Assembly (NCBI GenBank): GCA_964583345.1 | Contig: CAZOWT010000003.1 | Location: 1-41,136 of the forward strand | DNA: 41,136 bases | From: an uncultured Clostridia bacterium | Lineage (GTDB): Bacteria > Acidobacteriota > Aminicenantia > UBA2199 | Direction: 5' to 3' | In this document: in pieces, positions 1 to 10,002 of the stretch | Layout of the letters: each line of letters starts with the position of its first letter | Position numbering within the stretch: the stretch's first letter is position 1 | Program-made: the position numbers and the translations under genes | Notes under the pieces: model-generated | The model's database searches: none | What the model was told of the DNA's origin: nothing | Seen by the model: the letters and a program-made list of their open reading frames with translations, nothing else

Positions 1-889
1 TCTGGGGTACTTTGAACCCGGCCAGCGGGCGAATATTGTTCTCTTTGATCAGGGTAATGGTGTCTCCGATTTTAACTTCGGATATATTCTTGATGCTGCC
101 GATGATGTATCCGACTTCGCCGGCAGACAGTTCTTTCTGCGCAAGGGCTTTGGGAGTAAACACGCCCAGTTCGTTGATTTCGTAGTAAGCATTGTTGGAC
201 AGGAATTTTATTCTTTCCCCGGTTTTCAATACGCCATCCATGATTCTGACCAGAATGATTACCCCCCGGTAGGCGTCAAACCAGGAATCGAATATAAGCG
301 CCCGCAGCGGTTTCTGCGGGTCTCCGCCCGGATGGGGGATGCGGTCGATGATGGCGGGTATGATCTGATCGATACCCTGGCCGGTTTTGGCGCTAACCAG
401 CAGGGCTTCCTCTCTGCCGATGCCGATGATGTTTTCCATTTGATTGAGGGACTTCTCAAGCTCGTTATTGGGCAGGTCAATTTTATTCATCACCGGAATG
501 ATGACCAGATCATTCTCCATGGCCAGGTAGGTATTGGCCACGGTCTGGGCTTCCACCCCCTGGGTGGAATCGATGACCAGCAAAACCCCTTCGCAGGCTG
601 CCAGCGAGCGGGAGACCTCGTAATTGAAATCAATATGGCCCGGGGTATCAATCAGATTCAGGATATATGGTTGGCCGTCGTGAACATGATTTAACCTGAC
701 AAAATGGGATTTGATGGTGATACCCCGTTCACGTTCCAGATCCATGGAATCCAGCACCTGGTCGTGCATTTCCCTCTCGGAAACGGCATGGGTGATCTCC
801 AACAGGCGGTCGGACAGGGTGGTTTTTCCGTGATCAATATGGGCGATAATGGAAAAATTTCGGATCAGGGCAGGGTTAGGGAGGGCCAT
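1..889 (-). CDS. lepA: Elongation factor 4 (LepA), N-terminal part; the gene runs off the left edge
   Basis: Absent from the ORF track because it is open at the window edge. Manual reverse translation from the ATG at 887-889 gives [31 protein letters not shown]...[15 protein letters not shown]...[25 protein letters not shown]...NKIDLP...[13 protein letters not shown]. This shows the GTPase G1-G4 motifs and the LepA-type [14 protein letters not shown] signature. Confidence 0.9.
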   Translation of the reverse strand, partial: MALPNPALIRNFSIIAHIDHGKTTLSDRLLEITHAVSEREMHDQVLDSMDLERERGITIKSHFVRLNHVHDGQPYILNLIDTPGHIDFNYEVSRSLAACEGVLLVIDSTQGVEAQTVANTYLAMENDLVIIPVMNKIDLPNNELEKSLNQMENIIGIGREEALLVSAKTGQGIDQIIPAIIDRIPHPGGDPQKPLRALIFDSWFDAYRGVIILVRIMDGVLKTGERIKFLSNNAYYEINELGVFTPKALAQKELSAGEVGYIIGSIKNISEVKIGDTITLIKENNIRPLAGFKVPQ

Positions 890-932
890 GTTCAAACCAT
901 TGGGGATATGCGGGAATAAGATTGAGGGACGT

Positions 933-2003
933 TCATTTTTTCACTCCCTTGGCCGCATACACAGGCGGGGCGAAAAGTATCCGGTTGAGCTTGTCGACAT
1001 TGGAATTAAAGGTCCGGGCCAGGGAATTTTCCGGTTCGATTTCTTCCAGCTTTTCGCCGGTCAGTTCGTCGAAAAACAGGATTTCAACCTCTGAAAATCC
1101 GCTGGTTTCCAGCAGAAACCTCAGGTATTCCGGATGAATCGGTTTCTGGTGGGTGATATCCAGGAAAAATATGCGGCTGAGGGCGAATACCGACAGGGGA
1201 TTAATGGTCTCCAGAATAATGGGACTGCCGGGCTTCAGTACCCGGTAACATTCCCGGACCAGTTGTTTGAGATAATCGCTGTGAACATGTTCGATGACTT
1301 GGGCGGAGAATATTCCGCCGCTCGATTCCTTTTCCCGTTTGAGCAGGAAGCGGAGAATGTCATCCTTAAGACAGTCCAAGCCCTTCTGTCTGGCCAAGCC
1401 GAGCATGGATTCGGATTGGTCTATTCCCCGGGCCGATTTCCCTGCCTTTTTCAGCAGATCCAGAAACTCTCCCCGGCCGCATCCCAGATCAAGGATGTCA
1501 TCCGCATGGGAAAAAAAATGGATATACCGGCTCAGGGTTTCACTGACTTTGGATTCGTCTCCCCGGAAGCGGTGTTCGAAATCCGAATACTGGAAAACCG
1601 AAAGGCGATCCTTTATCTCATCCAAGCGTTCCCGCATTTCCGGTTTTACCCCGGCCTGCAATGAGTCGGTAATCTGCTGAAGCGATGCTTCCAGGTCGGA
1701 GAACTGAGTCAGCAGGTGCCTGATATGGGAATATTCGGCTTCGAGTTTTTCGATCTTCCACTGCAGTGATTGAAAAACCAGGTTGGCATGATTGTTGGAC
1801 AGTGCATCCCATTCCCGGTCCTGAACGGTCATCCATTCGTCAAGAGCGTGGCCGAGTTCTTCCAGGAGCTCGCGAATTTCAGATTTTTTTTTTTTCAGAC
1901 GGGTTTGCTTTTGAAGATAAGACCCGATTTTTTCAAGGGCCCGGTGAAATGCCTGCTGATTTTCTTTTCTCCGGGCGGTTAACTCTTCAATTATTCTTTT
2001 CAT
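933..2003 (-). CDS. Class I SAM-dependent methyltransferase with an N-terminal coiled-coil region
   Basis: 356-aa ORF. It has the SAM-binding motif [15 protein letters not shown] followed by [10 protein letters not shown]. The N-terminal ~150 aa are charged and heptad-like. The start overlaps the tatA 3' end by 17 nt. Confidence 0.75.
   Translation of the reverse strand: MKRIIEELTARRKENQQAFHRALEKIGSYLQKQTRLKKKKSEIRELLEELGHALDEWMTVQDREWDALSNNHANLVFQSLQWKIEKLEAEYSHIRHLLTQFSDLEASLQQITDSLQAGVKPEMRERLDEIKDRLSVFQYSDFEHRFRGDESKVSETLSRYIHFFSHADDILDLGCGRGEFLDLLKKAGKSARGIDQSESMLGLARQKGLDCLKDDILRFLLKREKESSGGIFSAQVIEHVHSDYLKQLVRECYRVLKPGSPIILETINPLSVFALSRIFFLDITHQKPIHPEYLRFLLETSGFSEVEILFFDELTGEKLEEIEPENSLARTFNSNVDKLNRILFAPPVYAAKGVKK
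1884..1895. repeat. T12 (A12 on the coding strand) homopolymer inside the methyltransferase CDS, encoding KKKK
   Basis: Direct count: 7 T at 1884-1890 plus 5 T at 1891-1895. Confidence 0.9.
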
Positions 2004-2187
2004 CGGTTGAATCTGTGTTCACATCCTTTTTCTTTTCGGTTTCTTTTTCCTTGGATATGGCTTTCTTGAAGTTGCGAATTCCTTCCCCCAGGCCTTTTCC
2101 CAGTTCCGGGAGTTTTTTCCCACCGAACAGCAGGGCAATGACCACCAGGATGAGTAATATTTCCCAAATTCCGAGGTTTCCGAACAT
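1987..2187 (-). CDS. tatA: Twin-arginine translocase subunit TatA/E
   Basis: 66 aa: MFGNLGIWEILLILVVIALLFGGKKLPELGKGLGEGIRNFKKA. This is the canonical TatA single TM helix, FGG hinge and amphipathic helix. A GGAG RBS lies upstream. Confidence 0.85.
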   Translation of the reverse strand: MFGNLGIWEILLILVVIALLFGGKKLPELGKGLGEGIRNFKKAISKEKETEKKKDVNTDSTDEKNN

Positions 2188-2256
2188 ATTTGACTCCTTA
2201 ACCCCTTTAACCTTGCCATGGGTTATCGCGCAAACCGGAAGGGGTATCGATGGTTC

Positions 2257-2285
2257 ATTTTAATGCTTTCTGCCAAAACTGTCAA
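2257..2285 (-). promoter_or_regulatory. Sigma-70-type promoter for tatA: TTGACA-N17-TAAAAT
   Basis: The minus strand reads cTTGACAgttttggcagaaagcatTAAAATgaacc. The -35 is at 2285-2280 and the -10 at 2262-2257, with an exact 17-nt spacer. An AAGGAG RBS and the ATG at 2187 follow downstream. Confidence 0.45.
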
Positions 2286-2342
2286 GATAGCGGTGTTTAT
2301 CCCCGGTTTTCGGGGGAGGAGGGCCCGGAATGCCGCCGGTAT

Positions 2343-2984
2343 TCAGAGCAGGCTGGATACGGAATCTTCAATCCGGAAATATTCCTTGAAAGAGTCGAAG
2401 CTCCGGCGGGTGATTTCGTCAATATCCGGATCAGCCGGGTGGAAAAAAAGGATTTGCAGGATGCGGGAAGTGGTGTCCTCCACACTGGAGCGCAGGGAAT
2501 CGGCAGACGGATTCCCGAAGGCACCGTCATGGTCCTTTACCACGATTTTCCCCTCCATATTCAGCACATCCTTCCGGATACCCTGGAACCGGTCATCCGG
2601 TTGTCCGGTCTCAATTCGGATATCCCCGGTTATTTTATCCATATCATACAGGCCGAAGCATACCTGATACTTCAGGGACAGCAGGTTGGTCAGGTTGACA
2701 AAGGGATTCACCTCTGGGAAGTCATCCCGGTTTTTCAGCCGCCTCCAAAGGGCTTCGGACGAAGGCCTGGATTTGGTGGGGTCGATACGGAATTGCCGGT
2801 ATAATTTTCTGGAAAATTCGAATCCGGGAGGCAATTCTTTCAGATGGTTTTGCCGGATGAGGGGCAATTCTTTTTCAATGAAATCGTTCAGCCTGGAAAT
2901 ATCGATAATTTTGATGCCCAGGTAACGGTTAATCCCCAGCGAAACTTTATGGCTGAGGAGATTGGACACCTCAGGGAGATTCAT
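2343..2984 (-). CDS. B3/B4 (PheRS beta-like tRNA-binding) domain protein
   Basis: 213 aa. The pattern FRIDPTKSRPSSEAL...NPFVNLTNLLSLKYQVCFGLYDMDKITGDIRIE...GAFGNPSADSLRSSV resembles the stand-alone B3/B4 domain family. Called from recalled family features, not from a search. Confidence 0.65.
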   Translation of the reverse strand: MNLPEVSNLLSHKVSLGINRYLGIKIIDISRLNDFIEKELPLIRQNHLKELPPGFEFSRKLYRQFRIDPTKSRPSSEALWRRLKNRDDFPEVNPFVNLTNLLSLKYQVCFGLYDMDKITGDIRIETGQPDDRFQGIRKDVLNMEGKIVVKDHDGAFGNPSADSLRSSVEDTTSRILQILFFHPADPDIDEITRRSFDSFKEYFRIEDSVSSLL

Positions 2985-4108
2985 GACTGGACAGGACGCC
3001 GGAGATTATAATTTCGCTTTATCCAGTTCCGGTACTCACCGCTCACGATGCCCTGGATCCAATCTTCATGACGGAGGTACCATTGAACGGTTTCTTTTAG
3101 TCCGGAATCAAAAGACATGCCGGGTTTCCATCCCAGGTTTCTCCTGATTTTACCGGCATTGATGGCATAACGTCTGTCATGCCCCGGCCGGTCCGGGACA
3201 TGTGTGATCAGTTCCCGGTAGCTGGAGATTTTTAATTTCAGCAGTTTCAAGTGAAGGTTTTTATCGACCGGGTAGAATTTATCCATAACATCACATATCT
3301 TTTCAACTACCCTGATGTTGGTCTGCTCACAGTTTCCGCCGATGGTGTAGGTTTCCCCGGGTTTCCCCCGGGTAATGATCAGCCAGACGGCCGCACAATG
3401 ATCCCCGACGTAGAGCCAGTCCCGGCTATGTTGTCCGTCGCCATAAACCGGCAGCGGTTTACCTTTCCAGGCATTGATGATCATCAGGGGAATCAGTTTT
3501 TCCGGGAACTGAAAGGGGCCGTAATTGTTGCTGCAGTTGGATAGGGTGACCGGAATGGCATAGGTATGGTGATAAGCCCGAACCAGGTGGTCGGAAGATG
3601 CTTTCGAGGCCGAGTAGGGGCTTCTGGGGTCATAGGGGGTATTTTCGCTGAAGGTTCCGGTCTTGCCCAGGCTGCCGAATACCTCATCGGTGCTGATGTG
3701 GTGGAATAGAAAATTGGTTTTCCTGCCCCAGAATCTTCTGGCGGTTTCCAGCAGGTTGAACGTTCCCATGATATTGGTGTTGACGAAATCCGCCGGTCCG
3801 AATATGGATCTGTCCACATGGGATTCGGCGGCAAAATGGACCACGGTATCGATATGGTAGGTCTTGAAAATTTCCTCCAGGGTATTGAAATCGCCCACAT
3901 CCGCCTTTTTGAAAATGTAGCGTTTTCCCTCATGCTGTTCGACGATATCGGAGAGATTATCCGGGTTTCCGGCATAGGTCAGGTTATCGAGATTAATTAT
4001 CTTCCCCCGGAAATCGGTGTTTTGGAATACATGGCGGATAAAATTGCTGCCAATAAAACCGCATCCTCCGGTAACCAGCATGTTTTTTATTTTTCGATTT
4101 TTTATCAT
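2981..4108 (-). CDS. rfbB: dTDP-glucose 4,6-dehydratase
   Basis: 375 aa. It has the Rossmann motif [12 protein letters not shown], catalytic [10 protein letters not shown] (YxxxK) and DEVFGSL. The real start may be the Met of MLVTGG at 4081. Confidence 0.9.
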   Translation of the reverse strand: MIKNRKIKNMLVTGGCGFIGSNFIRHVFQNTDFRGKIINLDNLTYAGNPDNLSDIVEQHEGKRYIFKKADVGDFNTLEEIFKTYHIDTVVHFAAESHVDRSIFGPADFVNTNIMGTFNLLETARRFWGRKTNFLFHHISTDEVFGSLGKTGTFSENTPYDPRSPYSASKASSDHLVRAYHHTYAIPVTLSNCSNNYGPFQFPEKLIPLMIINAWKGKPLPVYGDGQHSRDWLYVGDHCAAVWLIITRGKPGETYTIGGNCEQTNIRVVEKICDVMDKFYPVDKNLHLKLLKLKISSYRELITHVPDRPGHDRRYAINAGKIRRNLGWKPGMSFDSGLKETVQWYLRHEDWIQGIVSGEYRNWIKRNYNLRRPVQS

Positions 4109-5031
4109 TTTCCTGAAACCGGTTGGGGTAGATCCGGGTCGAGAATATTCATGAGATAGCGGCCATATTCATTCCGCTTCATGGACTCGGCCAGTTTTCT
4201 CAATTGTCCGCTGTCAATCCACAGGTTCTGGTAGGCGATTTCTTCGATGCAGGCTATTTTCAGGCCCTGGCGTTCCTCTATGGTCTTGATAAAGACCGAT
4301 GCATCGATCAGGGACTGGTGGGTACCGGTATCCAGCCAGGCATAACCGCGGCCCAGAAGTTCCACCTTCAGGGTTCTGTTTTCGAGATATTGGTTGTTGA
4401 TATCGGTTATTTCCAGTTCTCCCCTGTCGGACGGTTTCAGGTTTCTGGCATATTCAATCACCCGGTTGTCATAAAAATAAAGCCCGACTACCGCCCAGTT
4501 CGATCGGGGACGGGAGGGTTTTTCCTGGATGGATATGGCCAGGTTGTTTTCGTCGAATTCAACCACCCCGTAGCGTTCCGGATCGCTGACATTGTAACCG
4601 AAAATGGTGGCTCCTTTTTTTTGTCCGGCAGCCCTTTGCATCAGGTTATTCAACCCGTGCCCGTAAAAAATGTTGTCTCCCAGAATCAGGCAGACCTGAT
4701 CATTGCCGATAAACGGTTCGCCGATGATGAATGCCTCGGCAATACCTTTCGGGCTGGATTGTTCGGCATATTCCAGGGAAATGCCCAACTGGGCTCCGTT
4801 TCCGAAAAGTTTCTTGAATGCCGGGAGGTCATCGGGCGTGGAAATAACCAGTATGTCCCGGATGCCGGCCAGCATCAGGACTGATAGCGGGTAATAAATC
4901 ATGGGCTTGTTATATACCGGGAGCAGCTGCTTGCAAACCGGTTTTGTCAGCGGATATAGCCGGGTTCCATGGCCGCCGGCCAGGATAATCCCTTTCATAT
5001 TATTGTTTCTCTCCAATTCATTTTCGCTCAC
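4105..5031 (-). CDS. rfbA: Glucose-1-phosphate thymidylyltransferase
   Basis: 308 aa with [38 protein letters not shown] and RGELEITD. The longest ORF begins with a GTG overlapping the glmS stop. The canonical N-terminus MKGIILAGG would start at 4998. Confidence 0.9.
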   Translation of the reverse strand: MSENELERNNNMKGIILAGGHGTRLYPLTKPVCKQLLPVYNKPMIYYPLSVLMLAGIRDILVISTPDDLPAFKKLFGNGAQLGISLEYAEQSSPKGIAEAFIIGEPFIGNDQVCLILGDNIFYGHGLNNLMQRAAGQKKGATIFGYNVSDPERYGVVEFDENNLAISIQEKPSRPRSNWAVVGLYFYDNRVIEYARNLKPSDRGELEITDINNQYLENRTLKVELLGRGYAWLDTGTHQSLIDASVFIKTIEERQGLKIACIEEIAYQNLWIDSGQLRKLAESMKRNEYGRYLMNILDPDLPQPVSGK

Positions 5032-6854
5032 TCCACGGTAACCGATTTGGCCAGATTCCGGGGCTTATCGATATCGCATCCCTTTTCCTTGGCGATATAA
5101 TAAGCAAAGAGCTGCAGGGGGATGATGTTGAGGATGGGCTGGAGTATGGGCAGTGTTTGGGGGACAAATATCACGTCATCGGAAATTTTAACCACGGTTT
5201 CGGCTCCCTCATTGGTGATACTCAGAATTTTCCCGTTTCTGGCCCTGATTTCCTGGATGTTGTTGATCATCTTGTCGTAGGTGGCATCCCTGGGAACGAT
5301 GGCCACAGTGGGAAAATCCTCGTCAATCAGGGATATCGGACCGTGTTTCATCTCACCGGCCGGATATCCCTCGGCGTGGACATAGGATATCTCTTTAAGT
5401 TTCAGAGCCCCTTCCATGGCGGTGGGATAGTTGTAGAGCCGGCCGATATACAGAAAATTCTGGTAATGCGCATATTTTGAGGCGATTTTTTTAATTTGGT
5501 TGGCTTTTTTCAGTATGTCCTTGGCCTGGTCCGGGAGTTTTTTAAGGGCGATCAGCAGTTCGCTCCCCTCATTGTAGGAAACGGTCTGGTAGCGTCCGAT
5601 CAGTACGGCAATCAGGGTCAGAATGACCAGCTGGGAGGTATATATTTTGGTCGAGGCCACTCCGACCTCGGGGCCGGCATGGTTGTAAACTCCGGCATCG
5701 GTGATCTGGGCGATAGAGGTTCCGACAGCGTTCACAATGCCCAGAAGCAGGGCGCCTTTTCTTTTAGCTTCTTTGATGGCGGCCAGGGTATCTGCGGTTT
5801 CGCCGGACTGGGAAATGGCCAGTACGGCCACGTTTTCATTGAGTTTCAGGCGGCGGTACCTGAATTCCGATGCCAGTTCGGTCTCAACATCCAGTTCGGT
5901 CAGGGTTTCGAAGATATAGCGCCCCAGCAGCCCGGCATAATAGCTGGTGCCGCAGCTCACGATAACCAGTTTTTTTATATTTTTCAGCCGGTCCAGAACC
6001 GGTTCCAGTCCTCCCAGTTTCGATACCCCCTCATTGGTGATGATCCTCCCCCGGAAAGCGTTCTTGATGGTTTCGGGTTGTTCGAAGATTTCCTTGAGCA
6101 TGTAGTGTTCGAAACCTTTCTTATCCAGTTCGTAGTCAGCTTCCTCCAGAATCTCGATCTTTTTCTCCAGAATCTGATTCTTCATATTCTTGATGTAGTA
6201 ATGGTCGGAGTTCAACACCGCGATTTCATCGTCGCTGAGATAGACCATTTTATGGGTATAGGGGGAGATGGCATTGGAATCTGATGCGGCAAAATACTCG
6301 TTATCGCCTATGCCTATGATAATCGGGCTTCCCCGCCGGACAATGATGATTTGGTGATCGAAATCGGCGTGAATGACGGCAATGCCAAATGTTCCGACCA
6401 GCCTTTCGACCGATTTGAGCACCGCAGTTTCCAGATCGCCATCCAGGTTTTCTTCGATCAGGTGGGCCACCACTTCGGTATCGGTCTGGGATTTGAAAAC
6501 ATGCCCCTTTTTCTTCAGTTCATCTTTGAGCTCCTGGTAGTTTTCAATGATGCCGTTATGAATAAGGCTTATTTTTCCCGTGCAATCCGACTGGGGATGG
6601 GCATTGATTTCAGAGGGTTTCCCATGGGTAGCCCAGCGGGTATGGGCGATGCCGAATGTTGAATTCAGTTTTACGCCGGCGGTTTTTTGTTCCAGCTTGG
6701 ATACCTTGCCCACGGTTTTAATGGTGACCATCTTGTGGTTGTCCACGGTCGATAGCCCGGCAGAATCATAGCCCCGGTATTCCAGGCGTTTCAATCCTTC
6801 TATCAGGATCGGGGCGGCTTGTTTACGGCCGCAATAACTGATTATTCCGCACAT
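5028..6854 (-). CDS. glmS: Glutamine--fructose-6-phosphate aminotransferase (isomerising)
   Basis: 608 aa. It has the N-terminal nucleophile MCGI, the SIS motif SQSGETADT and the C-terminal KSVTVE. Confidence 0.95.
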   Translation of the reverse strand: MCGIISYCGRKQAAPILIEGLKRLEYRGYDSAGLSTVDNHKMVTIKTVGKVSKLEQKTAGVKLNSTFGIAHTRWATHGKPSEINAHPQSDCTGKISLIHNGIIENYQELKDELKKKGHVFKSQTDTEVVAHLIEENLDGDLETAVLKSVERLVGTFGIAVIHADFDHQIIIVRRGSPIIIGIGDNEYFAASDSNAISPYTHKMVYLSDDEIAVLNSDHYYIKNMKNQILEKKIEILEEADYELDKKGFEHYMLKEIFEQPETIKNAFRGRIITNEGVSKLGGLEPVLDRLKNIKKLVIVSCGTSYYAGLLGRYIFETLTELDVETELASEFRYRRLKLNENVAVLAISQSGETADTLAAIKEAKRKGALLLGIVNAVGTSIAQITDAGVYNHAGPEVGVASTKIYTSQLVILTLIAVLIGRYQTVSYNEGSELLIALKKLPDQAKDILKKANQIKKIASKYAHYQNFLYIGRLYNYPTAMEGALKLKEISYVHAEGYPAGEMKHGPISLIDEDFPTVAIVPRDATYDKMINNIQEIRARNGKILSITNEGAETVVKISDDVIFVPQTLPILQPILNIIPLQLFAYYIAKEKGCDIDKPRNLAKSVTVE

Positions 6855-6867
6855 GCTGACCTCTCTT

Positions 6868-8241
6868 TTAAAAATGGGTTAACTGGGACTTGCCCAGCGG
6901 GAAAACGTTGAAGCCGATATCGAATAATTGGTTGTGGTCAAGGATATTTCTGCCGTCAAATAGGAAAGCCGGTTTTTTCATGGAAGCGAATATCTTCTTA
7001 TAATCGAGTTTCGAGTAGGATTCCCACTCGGTGAGGATGGCAATGGCATGGGCATTCTCAGCTGCCCGGTAGGGATCGCTTTCGAAACCGATCCGGTCAA
7101 GCCCGGCCAAATCATGACGGGCATTATCCAGGGCCTGGGGGTCGGTGATGGCAATGATGGCCCGTTCTTCGGCCAGCTTTTTGGCCACAAAAATGGCCGG
7201 AGATTCGCGGGTATCGCCGGTATTGGCCTTGAAGGCAAAACCGAAAATGGCGATTTTCTTGTCGGCGACGGTATTAAACATCTCAGTGATTATTCTTTTG
7301 ACGAACCGGCTTTTCTGGTATTCGTTCATCCAGACCACCTTCTCCCAGTAATCGGCCACCTCATTCAATCCGTACTTGCGGGCGATATAAACCAGGTTGA
7401 GAATATCTTTTTTGAAGCAGGAACCGCCGAATCCGATGCTGGCGTTCAGGAACTTTCTGCCGATCCGGGAGTCGCTGCCAACGGCATAGGAGATTTCCCC
7501 GATGTTGGCATCGGTTTTTTCGCACAGGGCGGAGATGGAATTTATTGAAGAAATACGCTGGGCCAGAAAGGCGTTGGCCACCAGTTTCGACAGTTCAGAT
7601 GACCAGAGATTGGAGGTAATGATTTTTTTTTCGGGAACCCAGTGGGCATAGATATTGATGATTTCTTGGGCCGCCTTTTTCCCTTCAATGGTCTGGTGGA
7701 AACCGACGAGCACCCGGTCCGGCTCCAGAAGATCTTTCACGGCAGAACCCTCGGACAGGAATTCCGGATTGGAGACGACCTCGAATTTGATATTCCGCTT
7801 GTTGGATGTCAGGATTCGTTCCATGGCTTCGGCGGTTCTCACCGGCAGGGTGCTTTTTTCCACGATAATTTTGTCGTTCTGTGCGGAATGGGTTATCTGC
7901 AGGGCGGTTTTTTCCCAGTATTGCAGGTCGGAAGCCATGCCGGCTCCTTCGCCGAACGACTTGGTCGGTGTATTGACCGATACGAAGATAATATCCGCTT
8001 CGCGGATGCCCTTTTCGGTATCGGTGGAAAAAAACAGGTTTTTCCCCCGAATTTTTTCAACGATCTCTTTCAGGCCGGGTTCGAATATCGGCAGGGTATC
8101 GGAATTCCACTGCCGGATTCTTTCCGGGTTGATGTCAACCACGTCCACCCGGTATTCCGGGCATTTAAGCGCCATGACCGCCATGGTAGGTCCGCCCACA
8201 TAGCCGGCGCCGATACACAGTATCCTTTTTTTATATGCCAT
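6868..8241 (-). CDS. ugd: UDP-glucose 6-dehydrogenase
   Basis: 457 aa with ILCIGAGYVGGPT (NAD binding), the catalytic-Cys motif GFGGSCFKKD and NPEFLSEG. Confidence 0.9.
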   Translation of the reverse strand: MAYKKRILCIGAGYVGGPTMAVMALKCPEYRVDVVDINPERIRQWNSDTLPIFEPGLKEIVEKIRGKNLFFSTDTEKGIREADIIFVSVNTPTKSFGEGAGMASDLQYWEKTALQITHSAQNDKIIVEKSTLPVRTAEAMERILTSNKRNIKFEVVSNPEFLSEGSAVKDLLEPDRVLVGFHQTIEGKKAAQEIINIYAHWVPEKKIITSNLWSSELSKLVANAFLAQRISSINSISALCEKTDANIGEISYAVGSDSRIGRKFLNASIGFGGSCFKKDILNLVYIARKYGLNEVADYWEKVVWMNEYQKSRFVKRIITEMFNTVADKKIAIFGFAFKANTGDTRESPAIFVAKKLAEERAIIAITDPQALDNARHDLAGLDRIGFESDPYRAAENAHAIAILTEWESYSKLDYKKIFASMKKPAFLFDGRNILDHNQLFDIGFNVFPLGKSQLTHF

Positions 8242-8359
8242 TGAAACTCCGCATGAGCTGAATGCAAAAATATTTTAGATCATTATATCACATTAATTTT
8301 AAAAAAATCAGCCGGTTTGATAAAATCTCCGGGTTCGGGAATTTATATTCATTTTCTGA

Positions 8360-8388
8360 TTGTAAGCGCCTAAAAAATTTTGTATAAT
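8360..8388 (+). promoter_or_regulatory. Sigma-70-type promoter TTGTAA-N17-TATAAT, ending 5 nt before the ATG at 8394 (possible leaderless mRNA)
   Basis: -35 ttgtaa at 8360-8365, a 17-nt spacer, and -10 tataat at 8383-8388. There is no Shine-Dalgarno sequence between the -10 and the ATG. Confidence 0.4.
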
Positions 8389-8393
8389 ATCCG

Positions 8394-8759
8394 ATGATAA
8401 AACCATACCTTATATTCTTCTTTTCCTGGCTATTTCCCGGTGGCGGACATTTTATCCAGAAGAAAATCCTCAAGGGGGTGGTGTTTTCCATCGGGATTTT
8501 GCTACTGCTGGCCCTGGGCCTGGTGATGCAGGGAAAATTTTTCGGACTCAAGCCTTTCCATCCGTTGTGGCTGCTGGGATTTCTCGGGGATCTGGGCAAC
8601 GGGATTTTTTATGTGATCATCCAACTGGTCGGGCTGGGGAAAGGAACCATCGAGTCAGTGACCTTCCACTACGGCACCACCTACATGGTCAGCGCCGGTC
8701 TGCTGAATTATCTGGTGGCGCTGAACGCTTTTGATATCGCCAGGGGGAAACGGAAATGA
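8394..8759 (+). CDS. Small integral membrane protein (3-4 predicted TM helices), function unknown
   Basis: 121 aa. The N-terminal FSWLFPGGGHFIQKKILKG is a motif common in small membrane proteins. The sequence is hydrophobic throughout. Confidence 0.6.
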   Translation: MIKPYLIFFFSWLFPGGGHFIQKKILKGVVFSIGILLLLALGLVMQGKFFGLKPFHPLWLLGFLGDLGNGIFYVIIQLVGLGKGTIESVTFHYGTTYMVSAGLLNYLVALNAFDIARGKRK

Positions 8760-8929
8760 TTTTTAGAAGTCACTTCATCTCCATGATTATTTTTTCGTTG
8801 ATCGTTTCTGTGGTAATGGCATTTATTAAATTCGATGATAAAAAAGCAATCCTGAAATACGGGCTGAAATTATTTTTATATATGACTGTCGGGGTAATTG
8901 CTTTCAGCTGGTTCATGCATTTTCTGTGA
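8756..8929 (+). CDS. Small membrane protein (57 aa), not in the ORF track
   Basis: Manual translation gives MIFRSHFISMIIFSLIVSVVMAFIKFDDKKAILKYGLKLFLYMTVGVIAFSWFMHFL, with two hydrophobic helices. Its ATG overlaps the upstream stop as ATGA (8756-8759), suggesting translational coupling. Confidence 0.4.
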   Translation: MIFRSHFISMIIFSLIVSVVMAFIKFDDKKAILKYGLKLFLYMTVGVIAFSWFMHFL

Positions 8930-8975
8930 TATTCCCGCCGGATTGGAGTCCGGCTGACCTTCCCGCTGTTCTGCA

Positions 8976-9404
8976 ATGATTGTGTTTAACCGGAATTCGG
9001 AAAATTCAGCCGTAATCCGGGTTTCCCGGATGGCCTGGTACCGGTTCCCTCCGCTGGTTGTTTACGGGCTGATATGCTATCTGTCTTCGAAACCGGTTTC
9101 TGATTTTCCATCGGGGATTCCGGATATCATTCCCCATGTTGTGGAATTCTTTCTGTTGTCCTATTTTTTTCTCAGAATGTTCCGAAATCCGTTACGCCGC
9201 CGCCAGATGGTTTTCAGTTTCTTTTTCCTGTTGATGCTGGCATTTCTGGATGAAATTCATCAGCTGTTCGTCCCTACCCGGGTTTTTTCCCTTGTGGATC
9301 TGGCCTATGATCTGTTGGGGATCGTTAGCGGAATGCTGTTTGCCGTTCGGCTAAAAAACATAGCCGAAACCACCCAGAAGCGAAATGCCTCCCAGGTTCA
9401 CTGA
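8976..9404 (+). CDS. VanZ-like family membrane protein
   Basis: 142 aa with FLDEIHQLFVPTRVFSLVDLAYDLLGIVSG, matching the VanZ-like DE-x-H-Q...R...D signature. Multiple TM segments. Confidence 0.7.
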   Translation: MIVFNRNSENSAVIRVSRMAWYRFPPLVVYGLICYLSSKPVSDFPSGIPDIIPHVVEFFLLSYFFLRMFRNPLRRRQMVFSFFFLLMLAFLDEIHQLFVPTRVFSLVDLAYDLLGIVSGMLFAVRLKNIAETTQKRNASQVH

Positions 9405-9941
9405 GGTGTCTTCCGGCCTGATGCTCAGGGAGACATACTTGAGCTTCAGGTCAAAGAACAGATTTTTGACAAAAAAGTACCGGAAACCGCCTTCGGCAAA
9501 AATGCCGATACCACTCTTGCTGACGGTTCCGATTGGATTTTCTTCGTTGATGAAATAAACGCCCAGACCGGCTCCCAGGTATCCCAGGAACGGGTGGTTG
9601 CCGAACAGGAATCGGCCGCCGGCTTCAGCCGGAATGATGCGCAGTGTGGTTTCTTCCTTGGTGATGGTCAACTCGCCCTTGGCCTGCAGGTATTCGCCGT
9701 GCACAAACACCTCGAAATTCTTGTTAAACCGGAACCCCGCATCCAGGAAAAAGAGCAGGTTGGCAAAACCGTAAACATCCTCTTCGTCTCCCAAAAAATT
9801 GCGGGCACCGGCGCCCAGAGCCACTGAAAATGTGCTGTCGAATTTCAGGGCCTTGGTTTTCTTTTTAACCACGGTCGGGGCGGCCTGAATCAGGCTTATT
9901 CCCATTAAGAAAATCAGCAAAAATGCGATTCTTTTCATCAT
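9351..9941 (-). CDS. Outer-membrane beta-barrel protein (OmpW/porin-like small barrel)
   Basis: 196 aa. It has the signal peptide MMKRIAFLLIFLMGISLIQA, alternating amphipathic beta-strands, and a C-terminal GGFGYVF ending in an aromatic residue, as is typical of OMPs. Confidence 0.7.
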   Translation of the reverse strand: MMKRIAFLLIFLMGISLIQAAPTVVKKKTKALKFDSTFSVALGAGARNFLGDEEDVYGFANLLFFLDAGFRFNKNFEVFVHGEYLQAKGELTITKEETTLRIIPAEAGGRFLFGNHPFLGYLGAGLGVYFINEENPIGTVSKSGIGIFAEGGFRYFFVKNLFFDLKLKYVSLSIRPEDTSVNLGGISLLGGFGYVF

Positions 9942-10002
9942 GCCTCCATTGGTTTGGTCTGGTTATCCTTGTGACACAAACGGTTTTGTAGGGTATTTTT
10001 CA

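Noticed and set aside
6855-6867. Possible cis-regulatory RNAs: a glmS ribozyme before glmS, an FMN riboswitch before ribD (19821), and a T-box before tyrS (24875)
   Set aside because: The upstream spacers are 13 nt, 1 nt, and a 4-nt overlap respectively. They are far too short for any of these elements.
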